NCBI GenBank assembly: GCA_013792055.1
Contig: VMSQ01000078.1
Coordinates: 1 to 39,597 of the forward strand
DNA length: 39,597 nt
Direction: 5' to 3'
From: Desulfobacteraceae bacterium
Lineage (GTDB): Bacteria > Desulfobacterota > Desulfobacteria > Desulfobacterales > ETH-SRB1
The notes below the pieces were generated by a model. It had not been told where the DNA came from and searched no databases. It saw nothing but the letters and a program-made list of their open reading frames with translations. A program made the translations under genes and the position numbers. This document shows, in pieces, positions 1 through 8,241 of this stretch (position 1 is its first letter; each line of letters starts with the position of its first letter).

Positions 1-558
1 ATCAGCAGAATCACCGGAAAGGCCCATAACATCAACCATCTGGCCAGGTTCAAGTCCATATGTATCTTTAATAAAATCACTATCAATTGTCTTTTCCTTC
101 ATGGGATCCCAGATAATAGAGTTTTTTGTTACAAGCTGCATGAAATCTTTATCGCCGGTAACCATAATTACAGAAAATCCCGCATCCTCCGCCTTTCGTG
201 CCAGTGTACCAATGAGATCGTCAGCTTCATAACCCGACATTTCAACAACCGGTATGTTGAAACCTTTTGTTATATCCCTTATATATGGAATCTGAATTGA
301 TAAATCTTCAGGCATGGGAGGACGGTTGGCTTTGTAGGCGTCAAACATTTCATGTCTAAAAGTTGGGCCTTTTACGTCAAAAAACATTCCTACGTATTCA
401 GGATTACGATCTTCTATTAGTTTTAAAAGTATTTTTGTAAAACCAAAAGCTGCATTTGTGGGAAGGCCCTTTGAATTGGAAAGCTCCCTGATTGCATGAT
501 AAGCACGATAAATATACGCGCTGCCGTCTATTAGGTATATTGTTTTATTTTTATACAT
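1..558 (-). CDS. polA: DNA polymerase I, N-terminal 5'-3' exonuclease domain (partial, runs off window start)
   Basis: Minus-strand ATG at 558-556 opens a frame that stays open to position 1: MYKNKTIYLIDGSAYIYRAYHAI...GYEADDLIGTLA...VTGDKDFMQLV...GLSGDSAD. This is the conserved FEN-like N-terminus of Pol I. It is absent from the ORF track because no stop lies inside the window. Confidence 0.85.
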   Translation of the reverse strand, partial: MYKNKTIYLIDGSAYIYRAYHAIRELSNSKGLPTNAAFGFTKILLKLIEDRNPEYVGMFFDVKGPTFRHEMFDAYKANRPPMPEDLSIQIPYIRDITKGFNIPVVEMSGYEADDLIGTLARKAEDAGFSVIMVTGDKDFMQLVTKNSIIWDPMKEKTIDSDFIKDTYGLEPGQMVDVMGLSGDSAD

Positions 559-756
559 AAGAATTCAGGTTGCAGCTTACAGGTTTTATTGATATTTGTT
601 TCTTTAGTGGTTCACGGTTGTCGGTTTACAGTTAACAGTTTTATATTTTATCAACCGTTAACTGCAAACGGTTGCCTATCTTTTTGCTTAACAGAAGATT
701 TTATCTGCTTTTATCACTAATAGACTAAAACAACAAGACCGCTTAAGGGAACATAT

Positions 757-1179
757 ATGAAAAAAGGCAAAATAATCACTGAAGACAGTGAAATAAAACA
801 TATTCTGGCAGATTCAAAAACCATAGCGGTTTTAGGTTTGAGCCCTAAACTGGACAGAGACTCCCATATTGTTGCCAAATATCTTAAAGAACAAGGTTAT
901 AAAATTATTCCAGTACGACCCAAGCAGAAGGAGATTCTTGGAGAAAAAGCATATTCATCACTGGAAGAGATTAAGGAGTCTGTAGATATTGTTAATGTAT
1001 TTAGAAACCCCTCTCAGATAATGCCGCATGCACATGAAGCCATCCGAATCAAGCCAAAAGTTTTCTGGATGCAGCTTAATATAGAAAATCATGAAGCTGC
1101 AGAATTACTGACAAAAGCAGGTATAGATGTCGTGATGAATCTTTGCATCAGAGTGGAACATGACAGGCTCTTCAACTAA
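757..1179 (+). CDS. CoA-binding domain protein (YccU/YneT-like)
   Basis: 140 aa with the pattern KTIAVLGLSPK..RDSH.V..YL...GYKIIPV.P....I.G...Y.SL.EI....DIVNVFR, typical of small CoA-binding Rossmann proteins. Confidence 0.8.
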   Translation: MKKGKIITEDSEIKHILADSKTIAVLGLSPKLDRDSHIVAKYLKEQGYKIIPVRPKQKEILGEKAYSSLEEIKESVDIVNVFRNPSQIMPHAHEAIRIKPKVFWMQLNIENHEAAELLTKAGIDVVMNLCIRVEHDRLFN

Positions 1180-1384
1180 ATTGAAATACCGGGAAAGACG
1201 GCTCCGATCAAAGCCAACAAACTGCCATTGCTGCGGTAATAAAGCTCCCTTTTTCTGGAGCTGCAGGTGCGGCTTTGCAATTTGTCAGGACTGCATGTAT
1301 GTAAATTTCTGGGGAATGTCTTGCAATGGAATAACTTGGCAGTGTCCTGACTGCGGAGGGCAGAATAATTTCGGTAATCAATAG
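1160..1384 (+). CDS. Hypothetical Cys-rich (zinc-ribbon-like) small protein
   Basis: 74-aa ORF with 10 Cys, including CHCC, CQDC and CPDC. It overlaps the upstream gene by 20 nt and convergent panB by 7 nt. No clear Shine-Dalgarno sequence. Confidence 0.3.
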   Translation: MTGSSTKLKYRERRLRSKPTNCHCCGNKAPFFWSCRCGFAICQDCMYVNFWGMSCNGITWQCPDCGGQNNFGNQ

Positions 1385-2166
1385 CAATGTTCTTTGCCTG
1401 GGAATTTACCTGCCTGTACTTCTTCCGCGTATTGTTTTATCCCCTTTTTAGCTTCATCAACAAGCCTGGCGTATTGCTTAACAAATTTCGGGACAGGCCT
1501 TTCATTTAATCCAAGGAGATCGTGAAGAACAAGGATCTGCCCGTCACAATGCGGGCCTGCACCAATCCCAATAGTTGGAATTGTCAGGGCTTTTGTTATT
1601 TTTTCAGAGATTTCAGAAGGAATCCCTTCTAAAACAACAGAGAATGCTCCTGCTGATTGTATCTCGAGAGCATCTGACATCAGCCTTTCTTCATCACGCT
1701 GGACTCTGTAGCCTCCCATTTGATGAACAGACTGAGGAGTAAGACCTATATGAGCCATCACTGGAATCCCTACTTCTGATATTGCTTTAATTATTTCGCT
1801 GACCGCTGTTCCACCTTCTAGTTTAACTGCTGCTGCTCCACCTTCTTTAAGGAACCTTCCTGCATTGGCAATTGCATGGCTCTTGCCTGGCTGGTAAGAC
1901 ATAAAAGGCATATCGCCCACAACCATGGCGTTCTGCACGCCTTTGGATACAATACGGGTATGATAAATCATCTCATCCATTGTAACAGGCAGTGTGCTTG
2001 ATTCTCCCTGAACCACCATTCCCAATGAATCTCCTACAAGTATCAGGTGCACTCCAGACTCATCAACCATCCTTGCAAATGGAAAGTCATAGGCTGTAAG
2101 GGCAACAATTTTTTCGCCCTTTTCCTTCATTCTATACAGGGTTTTGATTGTAACTTGCGACTGCAT
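1378..2166 (-). CDS. panB: 3-methyl-2-oxobutanoate hydroxymethyltransferase (ketopantoate hydroxymethyltransferase)
   Basis: 262 aa. Motifs: [52 protein letters not shown]. Confidence 0.95.
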   Translation of the reverse strand: MQSQVTIKTLYRMKEKGEKIVALTAYDFPFARMVDESGVHLILVGDSLGMVVQGESSTLPVTMDEMIYHTRIVSKGVQNAMVVGDMPFMSYQPGKSHAIANAGRFLKEGGAAAVKLEGGTAVSEIIKAISEVGIPVMAHIGLTPQSVHQMGGYRVQRDEERLMSDALEIQSAGAFSVVLEGIPSEISEKITKALTIPTIGIGAGPHCDGQILVLHDLLGLNERPVPKFVKQYARLVDEAKKGIKQYAEEVQAGKFPGKEHCY

Positions 2167-2346
2167 GGCATTATCCTCTTAACTCATTATTTTTACACAT
2201 TTTTTATAAATTGTAATGCTGTATGTCAAGGGAAACATTAATATTGACTTAATAGAGTGCACTAAGATACAAAAATGAATTTGTGTATTACAATACCACA
2301 CTTTTACTTTTTTATATATGTAACTTTTAAGGAAAACCTGTAGATA

Positions 2347-3603
2347 ATGATTCAATTAATTAGAGGATTTAAAGATATTCTTCCAGGAGAAGTTGAACTC
2401 TGGCAATACATAGAAAAAACTGTCCGCTCACTTTTTGAGGATTTTGGATTTAAAGAAATCCGGCTGCCGATTCTGGAACGCACCGAGCTTTTTGCAAGGA
2501 GCATTGGAGAGGATACCGATATTGTAGAAAAAGAAATGTATACCTTTCCGGACAGAAATGGAGATCTTATTACACTGCGGCCGGAAGCTACAGCATCTGT
2601 TGTTCGTTCATATATTCAGCATAAAATGTATGCAAAGGATCCTGTACAGAAATTTTACAGCATTGGGCCGATGTTTCGCAGAGAAAGACCCCAAAAAGGG
2701 AGGTATAGGCAATTCTATCAGATTAATGCCGAAGTGTTTGGTATAGATTCGCCATTTATTGATGCGCAGCTTATTTTTCTGGCTATGAAACTTTTTTCCA
2801 TGCTTGAAGTAACGGATGCCAAACCCCACATTAATTCATTGGGTTGCCCCAAATGCCGTTTAAATTTTAAGGAATCTCTTTCCGCTTTTCTTTCATCTGT
2901 AACAGAAAAAATATGTCAGGATTGCCTTAGAAGAAGCAAAAAGAATCCTTTAAGGGCACTTGACTGCAAAAATTCTTCATGCCGCGAGGCTATGGTTGAT
3001 GCTCCTGCTATAACGGATTATTTATGTTCCGAATGCAGCCAACACTTCGAGACAGTTAAACATGTGCTTGAAAAATTTAAAATTCCATTTGTGATCGACA
3101 AACACCTGGTAAGAGGTCTGGACTATTATACCCGCACTACTTTCGAAATTCAGACAGGTTCATTGGGCGCACAGAATGCTGTGGCCGGTGGCGGACGTTA
3201 TGATGGTCTGGTAAAAGCTCTAGGAGGGCCTGATCAGCCGGCAATCGGTTTTGCAATAGGTCTTGACAGGCTGGCAGAAATAACAGGCATCAGGAATAAA
3301 GACCTTTTACAAAAGCCTGATATTTATATAGCGGCGCTTGGTGAAAAAAGCATGCCCTTAGCTTTTGAATGGAGCTGCAATTTCGGCCTTGAAGGAATTC
3401 GGTCTGAAATGGATTTGAGCAACAAAAGCTTAAAAAGCCAGATGAAACGTGCAGACAGGCTTAAAGCCTCGTATGTGCTTATTGCAGGAGACAATGAACT
3501 TGAAGAAGGATCAGTTGTTCTCAGGAACATGACAACTAAAAAACAGATTCCAATTCCAATAGAAAGTTTAGTGGAAAAAGTTAAAGCAGAAATTAAATTA
3601 TAG
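2347..3603 (+). CDS. hisS: Histidine--tRNA ligase
   Basis: 418 aa. Motifs: GFKDILPGE at the N-terminus, class II motifs FRRERPQKGRYRQFYQ and GGGRYDGL, and a C-terminal anticodon-binding domain. Confidence 0.95.
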   Translation: MIQLIRGFKDILPGEVELWQYIEKTVRSLFEDFGFKEIRLPILERTELFARSIGEDTDIVEKEMYTFPDRNGDLITLRPEATASVVRSYIQHKMYAKDPVQKFYSIGPMFRRERPQKGRYRQFYQINAEVFGIDSPFIDAQLIFLAMKLFSMLEVTDAKPHINSLGCPKCRLNFKESLSAFLSSVTEKICQDCLRRSKKNPLRALDCKNSSCREAMVDAPAITDYLCSECSQHFETVKHVLEKFKIPFVIDKHLVRGLDYYTRTTFEIQTGSLGAQNAVAGGGRYDGLVKALGGPDQPAIGFAIGLDRLAEITGIRNKDLLQKPDIYIAALGEKSMPLAFEWSCNFGLEGIRSEMDLSNKSLKSQMKRADRLKASYVLIAGDNELEEGSVVLRNMTTKKQIPIPIESLVEKVKAEIKL

Positions 3604-3609
3604 AATATT

Positions 3610-3702
3610 GGTCGAGTTGTCGAGTAGGGAATTAGTCAAGTGGGAAAATGGTCGAGTTGTCTAGTGGTTGACTACTCGACTACTTAACTACTTGACTAAT
3701 TA
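3610..3702. repeat. Intergenic repeat element, copy 1 (related copy at 36390-36450)
   Basis: Starts right after the hisS stop. Internal direct repeat ggtcgagttgt (x2). Inverted pairs gtcgagtag/ctactcgac and aattagtcaagt/acttgactaatt. The core agtcaagtgggaaaatggtcgagttg (3634-3659) matches 36395-36420 at 21/26 positions. Confidence 0.55.
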
Positions 3703-3752
3703 CAGGAGTTTTGAAAGGAGTAAATGTATTGTCGGATGATATGCTTGGAGAA

Positions 3753-5525
3753 ATGAGGAGAACCCACAACTGCTGTGAACTTGATGCAGCCTCAATCGGC
3801 AACGAAGTTGTGCTTATGGGATGGGTCCAGCACCGAAGAGACCACGGAGGGGTAATATTCGTTGACCTGCGAGACAGGGAAGGCATAACCCAGGTTGTCT
3901 TTAATCCCAAGATAGATATAAAAATTCACGAAAAGGCCCATGCAATCAGGAGTGAATATGTAATTGGTGTGCGTGGAATTGTTGATCCAAGGCCTGAAGG
4001 AATGGCCAATCCGAACATGAAAACCGGAGAGATAGAAATTACGGTCGTTGAACTTAAAATTTTAAATGCAGCTAAAACACCTGCTTTTTTAATCGAAGAT
4101 AAAATTGATGTGTCGGAAACAGTACGGCTCAAATATCGCTATATTGATCTCAGACGTCCACAAATGCAAAAAAATATAATTATGCGTCACAAGGCTGCTG
4201 CATCAGTTAGGAACTATCTTGACAAACTCGGATTTTTTGAAATTGAAACCCCTGTATTAACGCGCAGTACTCCTGAAGGTGCAAGAGACTATCTTGTCCC
4301 CAGCAGAGTTAATCCTGGCCGGTTTTATGCTCTGCCTCAATCACCCCAGCTTTTCAAACAACTTTTGATGATCTCCGGGCTTGACCGCTATTACCAGATA
4401 GTTCGCTGCTTCAGGGACGAAGACCTGAGGGCGGACCGCCAGCCGGAATTTACACAAATAGATATGGAGATGTCCTTTGTCGGCGAAAACGATATCATGG
4501 ATATAAGTGAAGGCATGATGAAAGAAATTTTTAATAATGTTCTTGGGATAGAGATCAAACTCCCCTTTTTACGTCTTTCATACAAAGATTCGGTCAGCCG
4601 CTTTGGACTTGACAGACCGGATATTCGCTTCGGCCTTGAACTTAAAGATGTATCGGATATTGTTGAAAAATGCGGGTTCAAGGTTTTCTCCAGCGTTGTT
4701 AAAAAAGAAGGAGTAGTCAAAGCACTGAATGCAAAAGGCTGCTCATATTTTTCACGGAAAGAAATCGATGATCTTACAGAATTTGTTTCAGTGTACAGAG
4801 CAAAAGGACTTGTCTGGATAAAAGTCAAGGAAGATACATGGCAATCGCCCATAGCAAAATTTTTTACAGACGAAGAAAAAGAAGCTCTATCCGATCGCAT
4901 GGAAATGGAACCCGGCGACCTTGTTTTTTTTGTTGCTGATCAACCAAAGGTTACAAATGAAGCTCTGGGGTATCTTAGAAACCATCTTGGGGGAAAGCTG
5001 GGCATTATAGACGAAAATGAATTCAGCTTTGTGTGGGTGACCGATTTCCCTTTGCTTGAATACGATGAAACAGAACAAAGGCTTCAGGCATTACATCATC
5101 CTTTTACGGCTCCCCTTGAAGAAGATTTCGATCTTTTGAAGGATGAACCACTTGCCGTAAGATCCAGGGCTTATGATCTTGTTTTAAACGGTTCGGAAAT
5201 TGGTGGCGGAAGCATCCGTATCCATAAAAGGGCACATCAGGAAAAAGTGTTTGAGGCATTGGGTATGAAGCGGGAAACTTATGAAGAAAAGTTCGGATTT
5301 CTGATTTCAGCACTTGATTCAGGGGCTCCCCCACACGGAGGCATTGCATTCGGCTTTGACAGGCTGGTCATGATTCTCTGCGGACAGTCTTCCATACGTG
5401 ATGTTATTGCATTTCCAAAAACCCAGAAGGCCGCATGCCTTCTCACAAATGCACCTGCAGAAACGAGCAAGGCTCAACTCGATGAGCTTTCTCTAAAACT
5501 AAAAGGAGATTTTGCAATTTCCTAA
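3753..5525 (+). CDS. aspS: Aspartate--tRNA ligase
   Basis: The ORF track opens at a TTG (3711). By analogy with AspRS N-termini (MR..H.CGEL) the ATG at 3753 (MRRTHNCCEL) is the likelier start. Motifs: GWVQHRRDHGGVIFVDLRDREG, FRDEDLRADRQPEFTQID, GGGSIRIH, PPHGGIAFGFDRL. Confidence 0.93.
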   Translation: MRRTHNCCELDAASIGNEVVLMGWVQHRRDHGGVIFVDLRDREGITQVVFNPKIDIKIHEKAHAIRSEYVIGVRGIVDPRPEGMANPNMKTGEIEITVVELKILNAAKTPAFLIEDKIDVSETVRLKYRYIDLRRPQMQKNIIMRHKAAASVRNYLDKLGFFEIETPVLTRSTPEGARDYLVPSRVNPGRFYALPQSPQLFKQLLMISGLDRYYQIVRCFRDEDLRADRQPEFTQIDMEMSFVGENDIMDISEGMMKEIFNNVLGIEIKLPFLRLSYKDSVSRFGLDRPDIRFGLELKDVSDIVEKCGFKVFSSVVKKEGVVKALNAKGCSYFSRKEIDDLTEFVSVYRAKGLVWIKVKEDTWQSPIAKFFTDEEKEALSDRMEMEPGDLVFFVADQPKVTNEALGYLRNHLGGKLGIIDENEFSFVWVTDFPLLEYDETEQRLQALHHPFTAPLEEDFDLLKDEPLAVRSRAYDLVLNGSEIGGGSIRIHKRAHQEKVFEALGMKRETYEEKFGFLISALDSGAPPHGGIAFGFDRLVMILCGQSSIRDVIAFPKTQKAACLLTNAPAETSKAQLDELSLKLKGDFAIS

Positions 5526-5592
5526 AAAAGACAAATATTTTACTTGACTTCAATCAAATATTTAGTAAATAAATACGTTTTATATTAAATGA

Positions 5593-5668
5593 TCCCCAGT
5601 AGCTCAGTTGGCAGAGCGAGTGGCTGTTAACCACTAAGTCCGCGGTTCGAGTCCGTGCTGGGGAGCCA
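5593..5668 (+). tRNA. tRNA-Asn (anticodon GTT)
   Basis: Cloverleaf folded by hand: acceptor tccccag/ctgggga, D-stem gctc/gagc, anticodon stem agtgg/ccact with loop ctGTTaa, T-arm cgcgg-ttcgagt-ccgtg, discriminator g, encoded CCA. Confidence 0.9.
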
Positions 5669-7207
5669 AAAATCAAAAAGGCCTTTTTTCATCGGAAAAA
5701 GGGCTTTTTCTTTTTGGAAAGCAATGTTGGTTTCTGATAGCATATCAAATGGTTGTCTGTAGTTCGGCTGGAGTATCCCATCCTTCCAGGTGGAGTTCGA
5801 ACACACGAAATTTATGATTCGGCGCTTTTCCTGCTTAGTCTGTTTTTCGTAAAGGACTACAGCATGTTGCGCGAGTTCGAGTAACTTCACACCCTCATCC
5901 AGATATGACCTGTTGGCTGTCTGATGTCGCTCGATTTTGAAAAAAATGTCATTCTGCTCCTTTTTCCACCCCAAACTTTTCCGGTCATAAAAGTCCTGGT
6001 TTATTCTGCCATCGAGCTTGTCCTCATACATGGCATCCAGACGGTGCTGCAATTTCTCATAATGGGCTTGAAGTGCTGCCATATACTCGGCGTGATATTT
6101 TTTCTCATCCGCATGACTTTCCTTGAGAGCGGCAACGACCCAGCCGAGGACATCATCATCCATTTTTATGGCGCTGATTGCCTGGCCGAACTGGCGTGCA
6201 ATTTCCTCTTCCCGCACCCATTTTTCCGGGCACTTTCCTTTGTTGCCGGTACAGTGATAATAGACGTAACGCTTTTTCTTTATCTCGGCTACCAGGGCGC
6301 AGCCGCAATGTCCGCATGACAGCAATCCTTGAAAGGCCCAGTTGTGTTTCTGCTGGCCTGTTTTCCGGCGGCCTTTTTCGGCCATGACTTCCTGCACCCG
6401 GTCAAAGAGTTCCCTGGAAACGAGAGGATCATGAATACCTATGTATATCTTGCCGGCCCAGCGGAACTCACCATAGTAAAGAGGGTTTTTCAGTATCTTG
6501 TGTACGACACTTTTAGGGACCTTCTGGCCATTTTTTCTGAATGCAAAACCTTCTCTGTGAGATTTTCTGGTCAGCTCAAGCAGCGAATAGTTGCCGGTGG
6601 CATACCATTCAAACATCTTTCGCACCTGCGGTCCGACTACTTGATCAGGCTGAATAAAGCGTTTTCCGTTGCATTCGACATTGATATAGCCCAGTGGGGC
6701 AAAAGAAGGGTAGATGCCTTGCTCTGCTTTTTCAATCATCCCCTTCTTTGTTTCCTCGGATAGGTTGTCAATATAGTTCTTGGCCATCAGGACCTTGATG
6801 CCATGCATGAATTTTTCCGATGACCTGGATTCCTGGGAGAGGATGACGTTTTCCTTCACGAAATGGATACCCAGATCAAGCTCGTCAAGCGTTACCCAGT
6901 CTTTGAGATTGCGGTACAGGCGGTCGGTTTTTTCCACCAGCAGCGTCCGGCAGAAAGAGGGCTGCTTTGACTTTGCCTCTTTCCGCAAAAACTTGATCAT
7001 TTCAGTGAACCCTGTTCGACCTGACTTCTTTGCGGTCTCTACATCCACATATTCCTGAATGACCTGGAACTTGTTATCAGTGGCATATTTATTCAGGAGT
7101 TTGAGCTGGGCCGGGATGGAGAAGCCTTCCTTCTCCTGTTCTTTGGATGACACCCTGGCATAGAGCACAGCTTTTTGAAAGGATGGTGTTTGAGTATTGT
7201 TATTCAT
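5627..7207 (-). CDS. Large serine recombinase (integrase)
   Basis: 526 aa. Has the resolvase catalytic N-terminus (VLYARVSSKEQ...FSIPAQ), a recombinase domain, the Cys-rich zinc ribbon CGHCGC...YYHCTGNKGKCP, and a coiled-coil tail. The last ~25 codons run through the tRNA terminator into the tRNA gene. Confidence 0.9.
   Translation of the reverse strand: MNNNTQTPSFQKAVLYARVSSKEQEKEGFSIPAQLKLLNKYATDNKFQVIQEYVDVETAKKSGRTGFTEMIKFLRKEAKSKQPSFCRTLLVEKTDRLYRNLKDWVTLDELDLGIHFVKENVILSQESRSSEKFMHGIKVLMAKNYIDNLSEETKKGMIEKAEQGIYPSFAPLGYINVECNGKRFIQPDQVVGPQVRKMFEWYATGNYSLLELTRKSHREGFAFRKNGQKVPKSVVHKILKNPLYYGEFRWAGKIYIGIHDPLVSRELFDRVQEVMAEKGRRKTGQQKHNWAFQGLLSCGHCGCALVAEIKKKRYVYYHCTGNKGKCPEKWVREEEIARQFGQAISAIKMDDDVLGWVVAALKESHADEKKYHAEYMAALQAHYEKLQHRLDAMYEDKLDGRINQDFYDRKSLGWKKEQNDIFFKIERHQTANRSYLDEGVKLLELAQHAVVLYEKQTKQEKRRIINFVCSNSTWKDGILQPNYRQPFDMLSETNIAFQKEKALFPMKKGLFDFWLPSTDSNRGLSG
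5680..5715 (+). terminator. Putative rho-independent terminator of tRNA-Asn
   Basis: Imperfect hairpin ggcctttttt / gaaaaagggc with loop catcg, followed by tttttcttttt. It lies inside the 3' end of the recombinase ORF on the other strand. Confidence 0.45.
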
Positions 7208-7239
7208 GGCGGTCGGGCCTCCTTGCCATCGTAATTGTT

Positions 7240-7563
7240 TTATGATTCTTCGCCGGATGGTCCCGTCTTGACTGGTATTATTTTTTCAAGGATCTCCTGC
7301 TCTTTCTTTCTTACCCTGTAGAGATCCCAGCGAACCTGCAGGTTCATCCAGAAATCTTCCGACACTCCGAAGAATCTGGCCAGTCTCAACGATGTGCTTG
7401 GCGTTACGCCTCGTTTACCATTTACAAGTTCGTTGATGCGCTGAAATGGCACATGGATGCCATCTGCAAGCTGTTGCTGGGTTATTTTCATGGGTATGAG
7501 AAACTCTTCGCGGAGTATCTCTCCGGGATGGGCAGGCTCTCTATCGGTTGGCACTCGAAGCAT
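7240..7563 (-). CDS. HigA-family XRE-type HTH protein (antitoxin-like / possible element regulator)
   Basis: 107 aa. HPGEILREEFL...ITQQQLADGIHVPFQRINELVNGKRGVTPSTSLRLARFFG.S..FWMNLQ is the typical HigA/VapI signature. Confidence 0.8.
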   Translation of the reverse strand: MLRVPTDREPAHPGEILREEFLIPMKITQQQLADGIHVPFQRINELVNGKRGVTPSTSLRLARFFGVSEDFWMNLQVRWDLYRVRKKEQEILEKIIPVKTGPSGEES

Positions 7564-7636
7564 TTTCTGACCTCATTTAGATATTTTATATGTCATCTAA
7601 CGCCCTCACAATATCACGGACTTCATGCTATAGCAA

Positions 7637-7960
7637 CTAATTTTTTTCGCTTACCCGTCCGGCGCAAAAAGCTGCACGCAGGCATTCCTCAGCAGTCTTT
7701 TCGGCCTTAGGTCGGGGTAATTTACCATCAAATTCCATGATTCCAGCCCGTTCTTCATAAGCTTCACGCCACTCCTCAGACTGTTTGTCCAACGTGGACG
7801 GTAGATCGAATTGAGCTTTTTCGGATATATCAGAGGCTTTGTGCAAAAATTGTTTATCAAGTCCTGTTTGTTCTATGTCTCCGTGCACAATGGAGGGTCT
7901 AACAGGGTTTTCAAGATATTGTTCTACAAGTTCAAGAAGCTTCATTTTATTAATCTCCAA
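7637..7960 (-). CDS. Hypothetical MGE protein
   Basis: 107-aa ORF. The C-terminal EERAGIMEFDGKLPRPKAE resembles a motif I recall from phage/plasmid replication-associated proteins. There is no RelE/HigB-like pattern. Confidence 0.5.
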   Translation of the reverse strand: MEINKMKLLELVEQYLENPVRPSIVHGDIEQTGLDKQFLHKASDISEKAQFDLPSTLDKQSEEWREAYEERAGIMEFDGKLPRPKAEKTAEECLRAAFCAGRVSEKN

Positions 7961-7966
7961 AAAACA

Positions 7967-8234
7967 ATTTCACTTTAAACACTCTTTTCATGGAAGATTT
8001 CACTACTGAAGATTACTATTTTATCAGCAGGTTATATAAAACAAGTGATATGGATGAAATAGGAACAGGCTATCTCTTTCATTAAATTAATTAAATACAT
8101 AAGCTAATATTTTTTTTGTTTTTCCTAAAAGGTCAATTGTTATTCACCCTTATCACCCATTGAGTCCAACTTTTTGATTTCACAGTCAAAACACAGGTGA
8201 AATCATAGGTTAAAAAGCGTGAAATAAGTGAAAT
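7967..8234. repeat. Six copies of heptamer ATTTCAC/GTGAAAT (iteron- or operator-like)
   Basis: ATTTCAC at 7967, 7997 and 8177. GTGAAAT at 8197, 8219 and 8228. All lie in the AT-rich gap between the primase-helicase stop (8242) and the next gene's start (7960). Confidence 0.5.
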
Positions 8235-8241
8235 GAAGAAA

